Shown here: positions 37,338-47,000 of the stretch, one piece after another
Numbering within the stretch: position 1 is the stretch's first letter
Layout of the letters: every line of letters begins with the position of its first letter
Assembly: GCA_002309575.1 (NCBI GenBank)
Contig: DBXP01000012.1
Span: 1-62,855 of the forward strand
Direction of reading: 5' to 3'
Source of the DNA: a bacterium UBP6_UBA1209
Lineage (GTDB): Bacteria; UBP6; UBA1177
Length of the DNA: 62,855 bases
The notes under the pieces: model-generated
Told to the model about the DNA's origin: nothing
Seen by the model: only the letters and a program-made list of their open reading frames with translations
Databases searched by the model: none
Made by a program: the position numbers and the translations under genes

Positions 37338-38624
37338 ATGTCGTTTCTTTTCTGCCTCTTTTTCGCAATTCAGACTATCAGCACAGAGGGAGAGATCTTC
37401 CTTTTGCTGAACGGAGACAGCGATCCGATCACCTTTTCCTCATACCGTTTGACAAACCCGGACAGGATCGTCCTCGAGGCCGATTCCAGCTTCCTGGAGT
37501 CCGCCGAGGCAGTCGGCGATATGGTGAAAGAGGTGAAAAAGAGCGTAAAAAACGGTTCGACGCGCTTTATTTTTTATGTTGAGCCTGAAACCCAGTATAC
37601 GATCCTGAATAGGAAAAATGTCATAATCGTCGGCTTCAGCCGGCAGATCTTTGTCAACAATATCGAATTCGAACCGCTCTATTCCGGCTTTGTCGACAAG
37701 CAGAATCAGGAACTTCTGGCAAAAAAGCGGGAAGAGGAGGCGCGTCTTGCAGAGATGAAGCGCATCGAGGAGGAAAAGCGCCTTGCCGAGGAGAAACGGC
37801 TCGAGGAGGAGCGGCTGGCAAAGGCGAAAATCGAGGAAGAGAAACGACTGGCCGAAGAACGGCGTCTTGCTGAAGAGAGGCGGATCGCCGAAGAGAAGCG
37901 CAGGGAGGAGAACGAAAAGGCGATGGTCGCGGCACTTCTCGGGAACCTTGAAACTGAAGAAAAGCGCATAGCTGAAGAAAAGCGTATCGCTGAAGAAAAG
38001 CGTATCGCTGAAGAAAAGCGTATCGCCGAAGAAAAGCGTATCGCCGAGGAAAAGCGTATCGCTGAAGAAAAGCGTATCGCCGAAGAAAAGCGTATCGCCG
38101 AAGAAAAACGTATCGCCGAGGAAAAACGTTTGGCCGAGGAAAAACGTTTGGCCGAGGAGCGTTCAAAAATCGAAAAGAAAAAGGCGATCGCAACTGAAAA
38201 CGGTGAAGTACGGAGCCTTAAAGTCGTCAAGGCTGAGAAGGAGAAGCCTCTCTCCGAAACGATGGCCCATCTTCCGGTCAGAAAGCTTGAGAGAAAGGGA
38301 CAGCTCAAGAATATCTTCTTCCGCAGGTTCCCGGAATTCAGCCGTATCACAGTCGAGGTCGACGGCGATATCGACTACCAGTTCCGTGAGATCATCGGCG
38401 GCTTTGTCATAGACGTAAACAACTTCTCGAAGGTCCCGAAGCGCCTACTCAACATCATCGACGCACGTGCGTTCAAAGCGGAGGTGACCTACATCTATCC
38501 CCAGAAGAGTGATGAAAACAGGCTCAAGATCTACATAAAAACCAAAGACGGAATGGCTGTCCGCAAGAGCGAAGAGGGCAAGTACATCAACTTCGATTTC
38601 TTCAAACCCACGCTGGAAGAGTGA
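37338..38624 (+). CDS. Secreted AMIN-like / charged coiled-coil / AMIN-like repeat protein
   Basis: It has a signal-like N-terminus. The N-terminal segment ITFSSYRLTNPDRIVLEAD resembles the PilQ AMIN motif NPDRLVFDF in this same window. The centre is a ~190-aa E/K/R/A region including (EEKRIA)x9(EEKRLA)x2. The C-terminal segment FSRITVEVDGDIDYQFREIIGGFVIDV is also AMIN-like. Confidence 0.65.
   Translation: MSFLFCLFFAIQTISTEGEIFLLLNGDSDPITFSSYRLTNPDRIVLEADSSFLESAEAVGDMVKEVKKSVKNGSTRFIFYVEPETQYTILNRKNVIIVGFSRQIFVNNIEFEPLYSGFVDKQNQELLAKKREEEARLAEMKRIEEEKRLAEEKRLEEERLAKAKIEEEKRLAEERRLAEERRIAEEKRREENEKAMVAALLGNLETEEKRIAEEKRIAEEKRIAEEKRIAEEKRIAEEKRIAEEKRIAEEKRIAEEKRIAEEKRLAEEKRLAEERSKIEKKKAIATENGEVRSLKVVKAEKEKPLSETMAHLPVRKLERKGQLKNIFFRRFPEFSRITVEVDGDIDYQFREIIGGFVIDVNNFSKVPKRLLNIIDARAFKAEVTYIYPQKSDENRLKIYIKTKDGMAVRKSEEGKYINFDFFKPTLEE
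37956..38153 (+). repeat. Tandem repeat, 18 bp x 11 copies (GAAGAAAAGCGTATCGCY), in frame
   Basis: I counted the copies directly. Copies differ at only 0-4 positions, and the last two carry CGTTTGGCC. Degenerate copies of the same period extend upstream to about 37740. Confidence 0.95.
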
Positions 38625-38641
38625 TCTTTCGGCTGAAGATC
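38623..38641. terminator. Weak hairpin between convergent genes (GATCTT-7 nt-AAGATC)
   Basis: This 6-bp inverted repeat is the only one in the 39-bp gap between the stops at 38624 (+) and 38664 (-). It has no U-tract. Confidence 0.2.
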
Positions 38642-38663
38642 CTTAAGAAATACAAGGTTTTGT

Positions 38664-39764
38664 CTATCTGAATTTGATCGTCATTATAGCAAGTGCCGCC
38701 ATCATTATGCTGATGATCCAGAATCTGGTGACGACCTTTGCCTCGGCAAGGCCTTTATGCTGGAAATGGTGGTGGATGGGAGCTCTATAGAGGATCCTGC
38801 GTTTCAGGAACTTGAAGCCGACGACCTCCTGGACGAAGGTAGAGGTTATCTCGATCACAAAGATCGCTCCGGCGATGATGAAGACGACCTCCTGACGGAT
38901 GAGGACGGCTGCCGTGCCCATCACCCCTCCGAGAAAGAGGCTTCCTGTGTCACCCATGAAGACCTCGGCCGGGTGCGTGTTGAACCAGAGAAAGCCGATC
39001 GCCGCGCCGATAATGGCTCCGCAGAAGACGGTGATCTCTCCGCATCTCGGGATGTATTCGTAGAGCAGGTGCTGGGAATGGACAATGTTTCCGATGATGT
39101 AGGCAAAAGTGCCGAGGACGATGAAGACGCATATCGAGGGGACAGTCGTCAGGCCGTCCATGCCGTCGGCAAAATTAACGGCGTTGGCGGAATAGACGAT
39201 TATGAAAACGATGAATGCCGCTGTAAACGGTGTCGAGTTGAAGAGGATACCCTTGAAAAACGGGATCTGGAACGAGTTCGCGATCTCCGGCGGAAGCGGC
39301 GAAATGTCCGGATTCAGCACAAAAAACGCCAGAAAGAGACCGAAGCCGATCTGAACGGCGAACTTGAAGCTCCTGGAGAGACCGCTGTCCGGGTCGCGGT
39401 ATTTGATTTTGAGAAAGTCGTCGATCGCGCCGAAAAGGGCGAACCAGACCGCTGCTGCTATCAGCACCAGGACAAAGGGGTTGGTGAGGTCGCACCACAT
39501 CAGGACGCTGCCGATCCCCGTGATGAAGATGATGAGTCCGCCCATCATCGGGGTCCCGGTCTTCTTCTGGGAGTTGACTTCGCCGTAGCTGCGTTCAAAG
39601 GAGCGGAGTCCCTTCCGGTAGAGCATGTTTATTATCGGTCTGCCGATCGCCAGCGAGATCATAAAGGCGGTCACGAAGGCTATCAGGGCTCTGGAAGTGA
39701 GGTATTTGAAAACCGCGAAGCCGCGTGCGTTTTCGAAGAGAGAGCTTAAAAGTGTGTAAATCAT
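38664..39764 (-). CDS. mraY: Phospho-N-acetylmuramoyl-pentapeptide transferase
   Basis: NAVNFADGMDGL, FMGDTGSLFLGG and APIHHHF motifs are present in a 366-aa polytopic protein. It has an ATGA overlap with murG. Confidence 0.95.
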   Translation of the reverse strand: MIYTLLSSLFENARGFAVFKYLTSRALIAFVTAFMISLAIGRPIINMLYRKGLRSFERSYGEVNSQKKTGTPMMGGLIIFITGIGSVLMWCDLTNPFVLVLIAAAVWFALFGAIDDFLKIKYRDPDSGLSRSFKFAVQIGFGLFLAFFVLNPDISPLPPEIANSFQIPFFKGILFNSTPFTAAFIVFIIVYSANAVNFADGMDGLTTVPSICVFIVLGTFAYIIGNIVHSQHLLYEYIPRCGEITVFCGAIIGAAIGFLWFNTHPAEVFMGDTGSLFLGGVMGTAAVLIRQEVVFIIAGAIFVIEITSTFVQEVVGFKFLKRRILYRAPIHHHFQHKGLAEAKVVTRFWIISIMMAALAIMTIKFR

Positions 39765-41746
39765 CTGGACTCCGTTGAAATGGCGGTTTTTACGGTTTTG
39801 TAGACCTGCTTCAACTCGTATTCGGTCGTATAGCCGGTGCTTGTGATCAAAATTTTGTCAAGTTCCGTCAGGGCTGTTTCCGGTGTGATCGTTCCGTTTT
39901 CAGAGAGGTGCCGGAGCGCCTTCATGACTGAGATCCTGACTTTCCAGCAGGGGTCGTAGTAGCATCTCTGCAGCATTTTCATGATCACGGAGGAGTCCGA
40001 ATCGATGAACGAGGCGGCAGAGACGGCCTCTGTCCTCACTTCGAAGGCTCTGTCTCTGAAATTTTTGTAAAGTATCTCAAGAAGCCTCCTTTTTTCTTCG
40101 CCGCTGAAGCCGAAACGCTTTTCAAATACGGGTATGCAGCGTTCTGCGTTGAATCTCGTTTCGTAGTAACCGTTTCGGATCCCGAGCAGGACCGCTTCGA
40201 CGATCTCGTCTCTGAATCTCTCTTCGCATCCGGTCATAAGCATACTCAGGGCTTGGAATGCATCGCGGCTGGTGAAGGGTTTGCTTTCAGGATTTTTCGC
40301 AAAACCAAGGACCGAAGGCAAGAGGTCGCAAAATCCCGCGATCCCCGCGATCCTGCACGCTCTGGCGTTGAAGATCGGATTTTTTGAGACAAAGAGGAGC
40401 CTGATTTTTGATTTGATGAGCCTCTCTTCGTCGGGATCAAGGGGCCTTTCCGTTCCGTTGGATACTTTCCGCATGAAGCTTTCGAGAGTCACCGAGTTGA
40501 GTCCTATCAGGCGGTCGTTGAAAAGAAGGGTGCATCCGACAGGTTCAGGTTTCGGAGCCTCTCCGATCATATATTTGATATTGCTGATGATTATCTCTGC
40601 AGGATTGCCTGGGAAGATGTTTTTCGCCTTCTCTGACATCTCCTTCAGGGCATCTGCATCGCCTTTGAGCTCCGAAACCGTCCGGATGAATTCGTTTTTG
40701 TCGGCAAAGGCGATCCCTGTCGGGCTCAGCGCCTCAGGTTCCTCGTAGACCACCCTGGCTGCGCCGAGTTTCCCGATGAATCTTGCGTTCCCGACCTGAT
40801 GATCGTTTGCGAGGTTCGTTATCGGAATGATGACCGAAGGTTTCCCCTGACGGCAGACCTCCATGATCGAGCCGGCGCCTGCACGGATGACCAGAAGGTC
40901 GCTCGCTGCGTAGTAAAGCCCCATGTCGTCGATGAAATCCTTCAGTAAATACCGGTCGTTGTCTGCAAGCCCCTCCTTTTTGAGGATCTCTCTGACATCC
41001 TTGCAGCCGTCGTATCCGCCGGAGCTCCCGAAGGGTTTCCCGGCACCGTTGATGATGAAGATATCGGGATCTTTCAAAAGCTCGGGAGCAGCCTCTGCGA
41101 GCACGCGGTTTATCGTTCTCGACCCCTGTGAGCCTCCGAACGCAAAGATCACGAAGCTCTTTTCAGGGATCCCGAGGGTCTTTCTTGCCTCGGATTTGTC
41201 GTGCCGCGATATCGTGCTTCTGACCGGATAGCCGGAGTAAAAGCTCTTTTCCGCCTTCAGGCTCTTTATCGTTTCAGGGAAGGAGACCGCAATAAAATCA
41301 GCTGCATGAGCCGCCATTTTGTTCATCTTGCCGAGGTCGACGTTCGATTCGTGAAGCAGTATTTTTGTCTTGAAAAGTCCGAAGGAGATCTTTCTCAGGA
41401 TCCATGCCCCGAAGACTGTCGGTGCGCTGACATATCCGCCTGTCGCAAAGACCAGATCAGGCCTGAAGCTGAGCAGGATCCCGATAGCCTTGAGGATCCC
41501 CAGGGTAAGCGTGACTGCGAATTTTGCGAGCTGGACCGGCGATTTCCCGGCAGGCATCGGCGCGCTTTTTACGAGCCTTAGCGGAACTCCCGCCTTCGGG
41601 ACCATCGCGCACTCGGCTTTGCCTGCCATTCCGACGTAAAGGATCTCGGAATCGGGCATTTCGCGTTTAAGTTCGGTGATCACCGCCAGCGCAGGGCTGA
41701 CATGCCCCCCGCTCCCGCCTCCGGTGAAAATAAATCTTTTTCCCAT
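39761..41746 (-). CDS. murG: MurG glycosyltransferase fused to a ~270-aa HEAT-like C-terminal domain
   Basis: The N-terminal ~385 aa are MurG-like (FTGGGSGGHVSPALAV, FGGSQGSRTIN, VIRAGAGSIMEV). The remainder contains HEAT-like helices (RAFEVRTEAVSAASFI, DPCWKVRISVMKALRHL). Typical MurG is about 360 aa. Confidence 0.88.
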   Translation of the reverse strand: MGKRFIFTGGGSGGHVSPALAVITELKREMPDSEILYVGMAGKAECAMVPKAGVPLRLVKSAPMPAGKSPVQLAKFAVTLTLGILKAIGILLSFRPDLVFATGGYVSAPTVFGAWILRKISFGLFKTKILLHESNVDLGKMNKMAAHAADFIAVSFPETIKSLKAEKSFYSGYPVRSTISRHDKSEARKTLGIPEKSFVIFAFGGSQGSRTINRVLAEAAPELLKDPDIFIINGAGKPFGSSGGYDGCKDVREILKKEGLADNDRYLLKDFIDDMGLYYAASDLLVIRAGAGSIMEVCRQGKPSVIIPITNLANDHQVGNARFIGKLGAARVVYEEPEALSPTGIAFADKNEFIRTVSELKGDADALKEMSEKAKNIFPGNPAEIIISNIKYMIGEAPKPEPVGCTLLFNDRLIGLNSVTLESFMRKVSNGTERPLDPDEERLIKSKIRLLFVSKNPIFNARACRIAGIAGFCDLLPSVLGFAKNPESKPFTSRDAFQALSMLMTGCEERFRDEIVEAVLLGIRNGYYETRFNAERCIPVFEKRFGFSGEEKRRLLEILYKNFRDRAFEVRTEAVSAASFIDSDSSVIMKMLQRCYYDPCWKVRISVMKALRHLSENGTITPETALTELDKILITSTGYTTEYELKQVYKTVKTAISTESR

Positions 41747-41862
41747 TTACTCCTCACGAAAAGATGAACGAAAAACGCTCCACTATAAATAATTTTGCGG
41801 AAAAGCAACCATTTTATACTATATTATGGCGTTTTTTGTAGTTCGATAAGGAGATTTTCCCG

Positions 41863-43971
41863 ATGGCGAGATATTTTTATTCCGAAGAGAAGGGCCTGCA
41901 GCTTGAAGTCCAGCCGATCCCCGAGATAGGCGCTTACGACTTTCCCTCTCTCAGCGACGAAGAGAAGGCGCGTTACCAGAGGCTCCGCTCGATCGTCAGG
42001 GATGTTGAAAAGATAGAGCGGAATCAAAGCGTAGCCCAGGATGACGGGGAGCTTGAGAGATTCTACCGGAGAGAGCTGAACCCTGAGCAGTGCGAGGCGG
42101 CGTTCGCCCTTTCGGGACCGACGCTCGTCATTGCCGGCGCCGGCAGCGGAAAGACGCGGACGATCGTCTACCGGACGGCATACATGCTCCAGAAGGGGAT
42201 CCCGCCGGAGTCGATACTTCTTCTAACCTTCACGAGACGGGCAGCGGGAGAGATGATCGAGCGCGTAAAGGCTCTTGTCGGTTCCGATACCGCCTCCAGG
42301 ATCACGGCGGGGACCTTCCATTCGTTCGCGAACCTCCAGCTGAGAAGATACGGCCGCGAGATCGGTGTCGAACCGAACTTCACGATCTGCGACGAGGAGG
42401 ATTCGGCGGATATCGTAGAGCTCATCAAGAGCGAGCTCGATATCAAAAGTCTCGGCAAACAGTTCCCGAAAAAGAGTGTCGTCGTTGAGATGATAAGCCG
42501 TGCGAGGAACCACGGGATCACGATCGAAAAGGCGGTCTCCCTGCATTATCCGAAGTATGCCGACTCGATCCCCGAGCTTGAGAAGATCGCTGAGCGCTAC
42601 GGGATCTTCAAAGGCGAAAGAGGTATGCTCGACTATGACGACCTTTTGGATAAATTCCTGGAATTGCTTGAAAAATCGCCGCAGACGCTTGAGAGGCTCC
42701 AGAACCGTTACAGCTATGTCATGGTCGACGAGTACCAGGATACTAATCTGGTCCAGGGGAAGATCGCGGACAAAATCGCCGCCGCCAGCGGCAACATCAT
42801 GGTCGTCGGGGACGATTCGCAGAGCATCTACGCCTTCCGCGGAGCAAACTTTGAGAATATCCTGCGCTTCCCGGAGCGATGGAAAGACTGCCGGCTGATA
42901 AAGCTGGTCCGGAACTACCGCTCGCAGTGCCTGCTGCTTGATTTCACAAACGATATCGTCAGGAATTTTTATGTTTCGTACGACAAGAAGCTCTTTTCGG
43001 AGATGCGTGACAGCACCCTCAAGCCGAAGATCTTCCGGGCGGGTTCCCAGGAGCAGGAGGCGGAGCTGGTCGTAAGCAAGATCGAAGACTTGATCGACAG
43101 AAAGGGGGTGGAGCCGAAGGATATAGCCGTGCTCTACCGCTCGAGTTTCCATGCCAACGCGCTCCAGACGGTCCTTCTGCGCCGCGGGATCGACTTCGCC
43201 ATGTTCGGCGGGGTCAAATTTACCGAAAGACGCCACGTCAAGGATCTTCTGAGCTACCTGAGGATCATCCAGAATCCGAAGGAGGCTGTGGCTCTCAACC
43301 GCGTCGTCAGGCTCCTGCCCGGTGTCGGTGCCTCGACTGCCGCGAAGATAGCGAACGAGTTTACGGAGAGCGGGAGGCTGCCGCTTGAAAAGTATGCCAA
43401 AAAGAAGTTCTACCAGCCGCTGTGCGAGCTTTCCGAACTTCTGGACGAGGCTTCGAAAGAGGAACTTTCGACCAGGCAGCTGATCGATATCGTCATCGAT
43501 TTCTACAAGCCGATCCTCAAGGAGCTTGAAGAGGATTACGACGAGCGCATAGAGGATTTCGCCGTGCTCAGGACAGTCGCGTCGGCTTACAGGACGCTCG
43601 AGAGTTTTCTTACGGACTTCTCGCTTGACCCGCCCAATTCGCAGCTCAACGGCTCGAAAATCGACATCCGCGACGCCTCGAAGAGCGACAAGGTCGTTCT
43701 TTCGACGATCCACAGCGCGAAGGGGCTCGAGTGGAACACCGTTTTTGTCATCAACATGGCCGAGGGCGCCTTCCCGAGCGAAAAATCCGCCGGAAATCTC
43801 AGTATGCTCGAAGAGGAGCGCCGGCTCTTTTATGTCGCCTGTTCACGGGCCAAGGAGCGGCTTTTCATCTCCTATCCGGAGAAACTCGCCTTCTGTCAGG
43901 GCTTCGGTCCAGCCATGCCGAGCCGCTTTCTGGCCGAGATCGATGAAGCGCTTTACGACTTCGGAAGGTGA
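41863..43971 (+). CDS. UvrD/PcrA/Rep-family DNA helicase
   Basis: VIAGAGSGKTRTIVYR (motif I), VDEYQDTN (motif II), GDDSQSIYAFRGA, NYRS, STIHSAKGLEW and LFYVACSRAKERL are present. Confidence 0.93.
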   Translation: MARYFYSEEKGLQLEVQPIPEIGAYDFPSLSDEEKARYQRLRSIVRDVEKIERNQSVAQDDGELERFYRRELNPEQCEAAFALSGPTLVIAGAGSGKTRTIVYRTAYMLQKGIPPESILLLTFTRRAAGEMIERVKALVGSDTASRITAGTFHSFANLQLRRYGREIGVEPNFTICDEEDSADIVELIKSELDIKSLGKQFPKKSVVVEMISRARNHGITIEKAVSLHYPKYADSIPELEKIAERYGIFKGERGMLDYDDLLDKFLELLEKSPQTLERLQNRYSYVMVDEYQDTNLVQGKIADKIAAASGNIMVVGDDSQSIYAFRGANFENILRFPERWKDCRLIKLVRNYRSQCLLLDFTNDIVRNFYVSYDKKLFSEMRDSTLKPKIFRAGSQEQEAELVVSKIEDLIDRKGVEPKDIAVLYRSSFHANALQTVLLRRGIDFAMFGGVKFTERRHVKDLLSYLRIIQNPKEAVALNRVVRLLPGVGASTAAKIANEFTESGRLPLEKYAKKKFYQPLCELSELLDEASKEELSTRQLIDIVIDFYKPILKELEEDYDERIEDFAVLRTVASAYRTLESFLTDFSLDPPNSQLNGSKIDIRDASKSDKVVLSTIHSAKGLEWNTVFVINMAEGAFPSEKSAGNLSMLEEERRLFYVACSRAKERLFISYPEKLAFCQGFGPAMPSRFLAEIDEALYDFGR

Positions 43972-44090
43972 CGTAAATTCCTTTTTGCGGGCCCGACCCC
44001 TGAAAACTTGAAATAAAGGGGATTTCGGAGACAATTGACGGCTTAAATTATTTATTAGGTTAGATGATTTTATAGTTTGATGTTTCGGAG

Positions 44091-47000
44091 ATGAAAATGA
44101 GAAGATTTTTTCTTGCAGCGTTCGCCGTTTTTGCAGCTCTTCTGCTGGCGGTAGGATGCAGTTCAAAAAAGACCCCCGAAAATCTGCCCGACGGCGATCT
44201 CGATTCGTCGGATCTTGACGCGATCGAAGTTCATGATCCAGACGGTCAGGAGCCTGACGCCGACGAGACCGATGCGGATTCTGCACAGGATGCGGATGCA
44301 GATTCGGAGAATGACGAGGATTCCGTCCATGATCCCGAGGGGATCGTTTCGGGAAGCTATATGATGCCGGATGGCGCCGACGGCAAAAAGGCGGCTCTTT
44401 TCGAGTGCGGAGAGAGCGAAGAGCTTGCTTCGGCTGAGATCAAAAACGGCGGATACGAGCTTAAATACGACCTGGAAGAGGGCAAAAGCTACTGCGTCGA
44501 GGCGAACGGCTACAAGAGCTGCTTCGAGGGCGGAAGCTACAGACACGGCAACATTTCGCCGATGACCCACCTTGTCGCGCTTTCGTCAGATACGTTCTGC
44601 GGTGATCTCCGCGGCTCCGAGACGGCTGTCAGGTCATATCTGAAGGTCGCGACGGGGATCTGGCTCGGCGAACTCGACTATGCAAATTTCGGCCAGATAT
44701 CTTCGGGATTCCAGAAGGTCAAGTCGCTTCTGCCTTCGGATAAGAACTCGACGAAGGAGATCCTTGAGGCAGTAGGCGGAGATATCATGGCGGAGAGTCC
44801 GCTTTACCGCGATTTCTTCAACGGCTTTGAGATCAAGGGCGACAAAAAGGAGATCCACATCACCGGAGAGAGCAGCGAGGAGGATCTGACCGCAAACTTC
44901 GAGGTCGGAGGCGGAAACGCTGTGCTTGCGCCGGGCTTCAAGGTCGTCTGGACAGCAATGAACAAAAATACGGAGGGGCTTAAAAACTCGGTAAAGAGCT
45001 CGACAGCGGGCCAGTTCGCCGTCAGAGCCAGACTTTTCGAGGGCGGAAGCGAAGATACGATGCTGACAGAAGCCTCCGGAACGATACTCTATTTCACCGT
45101 CAAGGAGAGCGGCACGATCGATGTCAGCGATATGTCCAAAAACATCTCGCAGCGCGTGGCGAACGGAATTTACGCGATAATCCCCCACGGCACGGCCATC
45201 ACGAACAACGGCTCGAAGCTCGACACGATCACCTACAAAGTCCTTGCGTCGGGTGACGGAGAGAGCGTCGCCAAGATCGACTTCGGTCCTGACGGGACGA
45301 GCTTCTCCGGCGATTCGATGTACCTTCTTTTCGATGCCGGAACGCTTTACGGCGGCGATGCGACGATGCTTTCAGCCAAGCGCCAGGAGGCCGACGGCTC
45401 GGTCTCGGTGCTCAATTCCGCGATGGGCGACCCGATCATGATGACTACCGGGATGGGCGATCCGATCATGGGCGCAGCGATGGGCGACCCGATCATGGGT
45501 TCCGCGATGGGCGACCCGATCATGGGCGCAGCGATGGGAGACCCGATCATGATGGGTACCTGCTCGAGCGCGGCTATGACCCAGACCCAGCACTATTCGA
45601 GCTTCCTTCTTGACGCGCAGGCTCTTCTCCCGACGGCTGCCGCGATCATCGAAAAGTGGTGCTCGGGCTCATACTATCAGGATTTTACGCCTCTCAGCTT
45701 TGTCGCAGAGGCGATCGAGGCATACAAGGCCGACGGCGGCGAAAAGGATGACCTTCTGTCGTACTTCGAAGACTGCTCGAAGCTTCCGGCTATCGCTTCG
45801 GAGCTTTCGGATCTGCTTCAGAAGAGGGTCGGAAAGAAGTCGAACCTTTCGGTCCTTGAGAACCTTTACTATGTGACCGAGCTGCTCCGCCGCTTCGAGG
45901 GCAGACACTCCCAGAACGGTGCCGCAGCTGTCAGAAACGGCATCGACCTGAGGGCCGCGATAAACGCTCTTTACTCGCAGACCTTCATCTACAACCGTGA
46001 CTCGGCTGTGAACGATCTTTTTGATCCGGCGCTCACTCCGAGAGCCTTCCTCGAGAAGAACTCTTCGAGGATCGCGGATCTCAGCAGCCTTGCGAAGAGC
46101 GCTGTGACCTCGCTTTCGTCCGACAGCTTCAATGCGGGCTATATCGCCGAAAAGAAGAGCGTCCTTGCGCTTATGAACTATATCAGCAACACGCACGGCC
46201 CGGATTTCAGGAATGTTACGAGCCCGCTTACGGCTGACCAGCTGATCTGCGCATGGTTCGAGCCCGAGAACGATCCGGCATCCTGCAGTACGGTCTACAC
46301 GGTCAACGAAAACGGCAGAGTCGCCGGCAACGGCACCGAGGTCGGGATTCTGGCGGCCGAACATATTTTCGAAAAGCATCTCACGATGATGAACACAAGG
46401 CTTTCGGACGACGAGCGTTACGAGCTTTTAAGAACGCTCTATGTCGTTCTGAAGTATGCCGGCACACTCTATGAAAACGCTGACGCGGCTGCCGAGCTGA
46501 AGGGCGGGATCCTCAAGAACGTCGCTCTCATGTTCGACGGCGTGAACCTCAGCGGCAATGCGGTCTCTATCGTAGACGATTTCGATACGTCGAGCCATAC
46601 CGTTGCTGTCAGAGAGGGCGGACAGATCGTCGAAAAGCGTTATGTTTCGGATCTTTCTGAGCTCGCTGAGAGCCTTGCGGTAAGCCTTTCTGATCCGGCA
46701 AATACAGATCTCAACAAGGTCATTTTCTCGATCGAGGGATACGGATACTCAATCGAGGAGGGCGACTCGCGCCCGGTCTACACGCCGGCAGGCGAGCCTT
46801 TGAGCCTTGACGTCGACGTCACTCCGGCTTCGACCGGCTCCGCCGAGGTGATCACGCTTTCGGAGCTTCTCGAGGCATCCGGCAGGAACCTTAACGAGCT
46901 CGGAAATATCGTCGCAAAGGTATCGCTCATCGTAAATTCCGAGGCTGACGGCAAAAAATCGATCGCCCGGAAGAACTTCGAGGTGGTAGTCGACAACGGC

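Noticed and set aside
37956-38153. A regularly spaced short repeat array that could superficially resemble a CRISPR array.
   Set aside because: The 18-bp units are directly adjacent with no spacers and lie in frame inside a coding sequence (the EEKRIA repeat). No cas genes are present.
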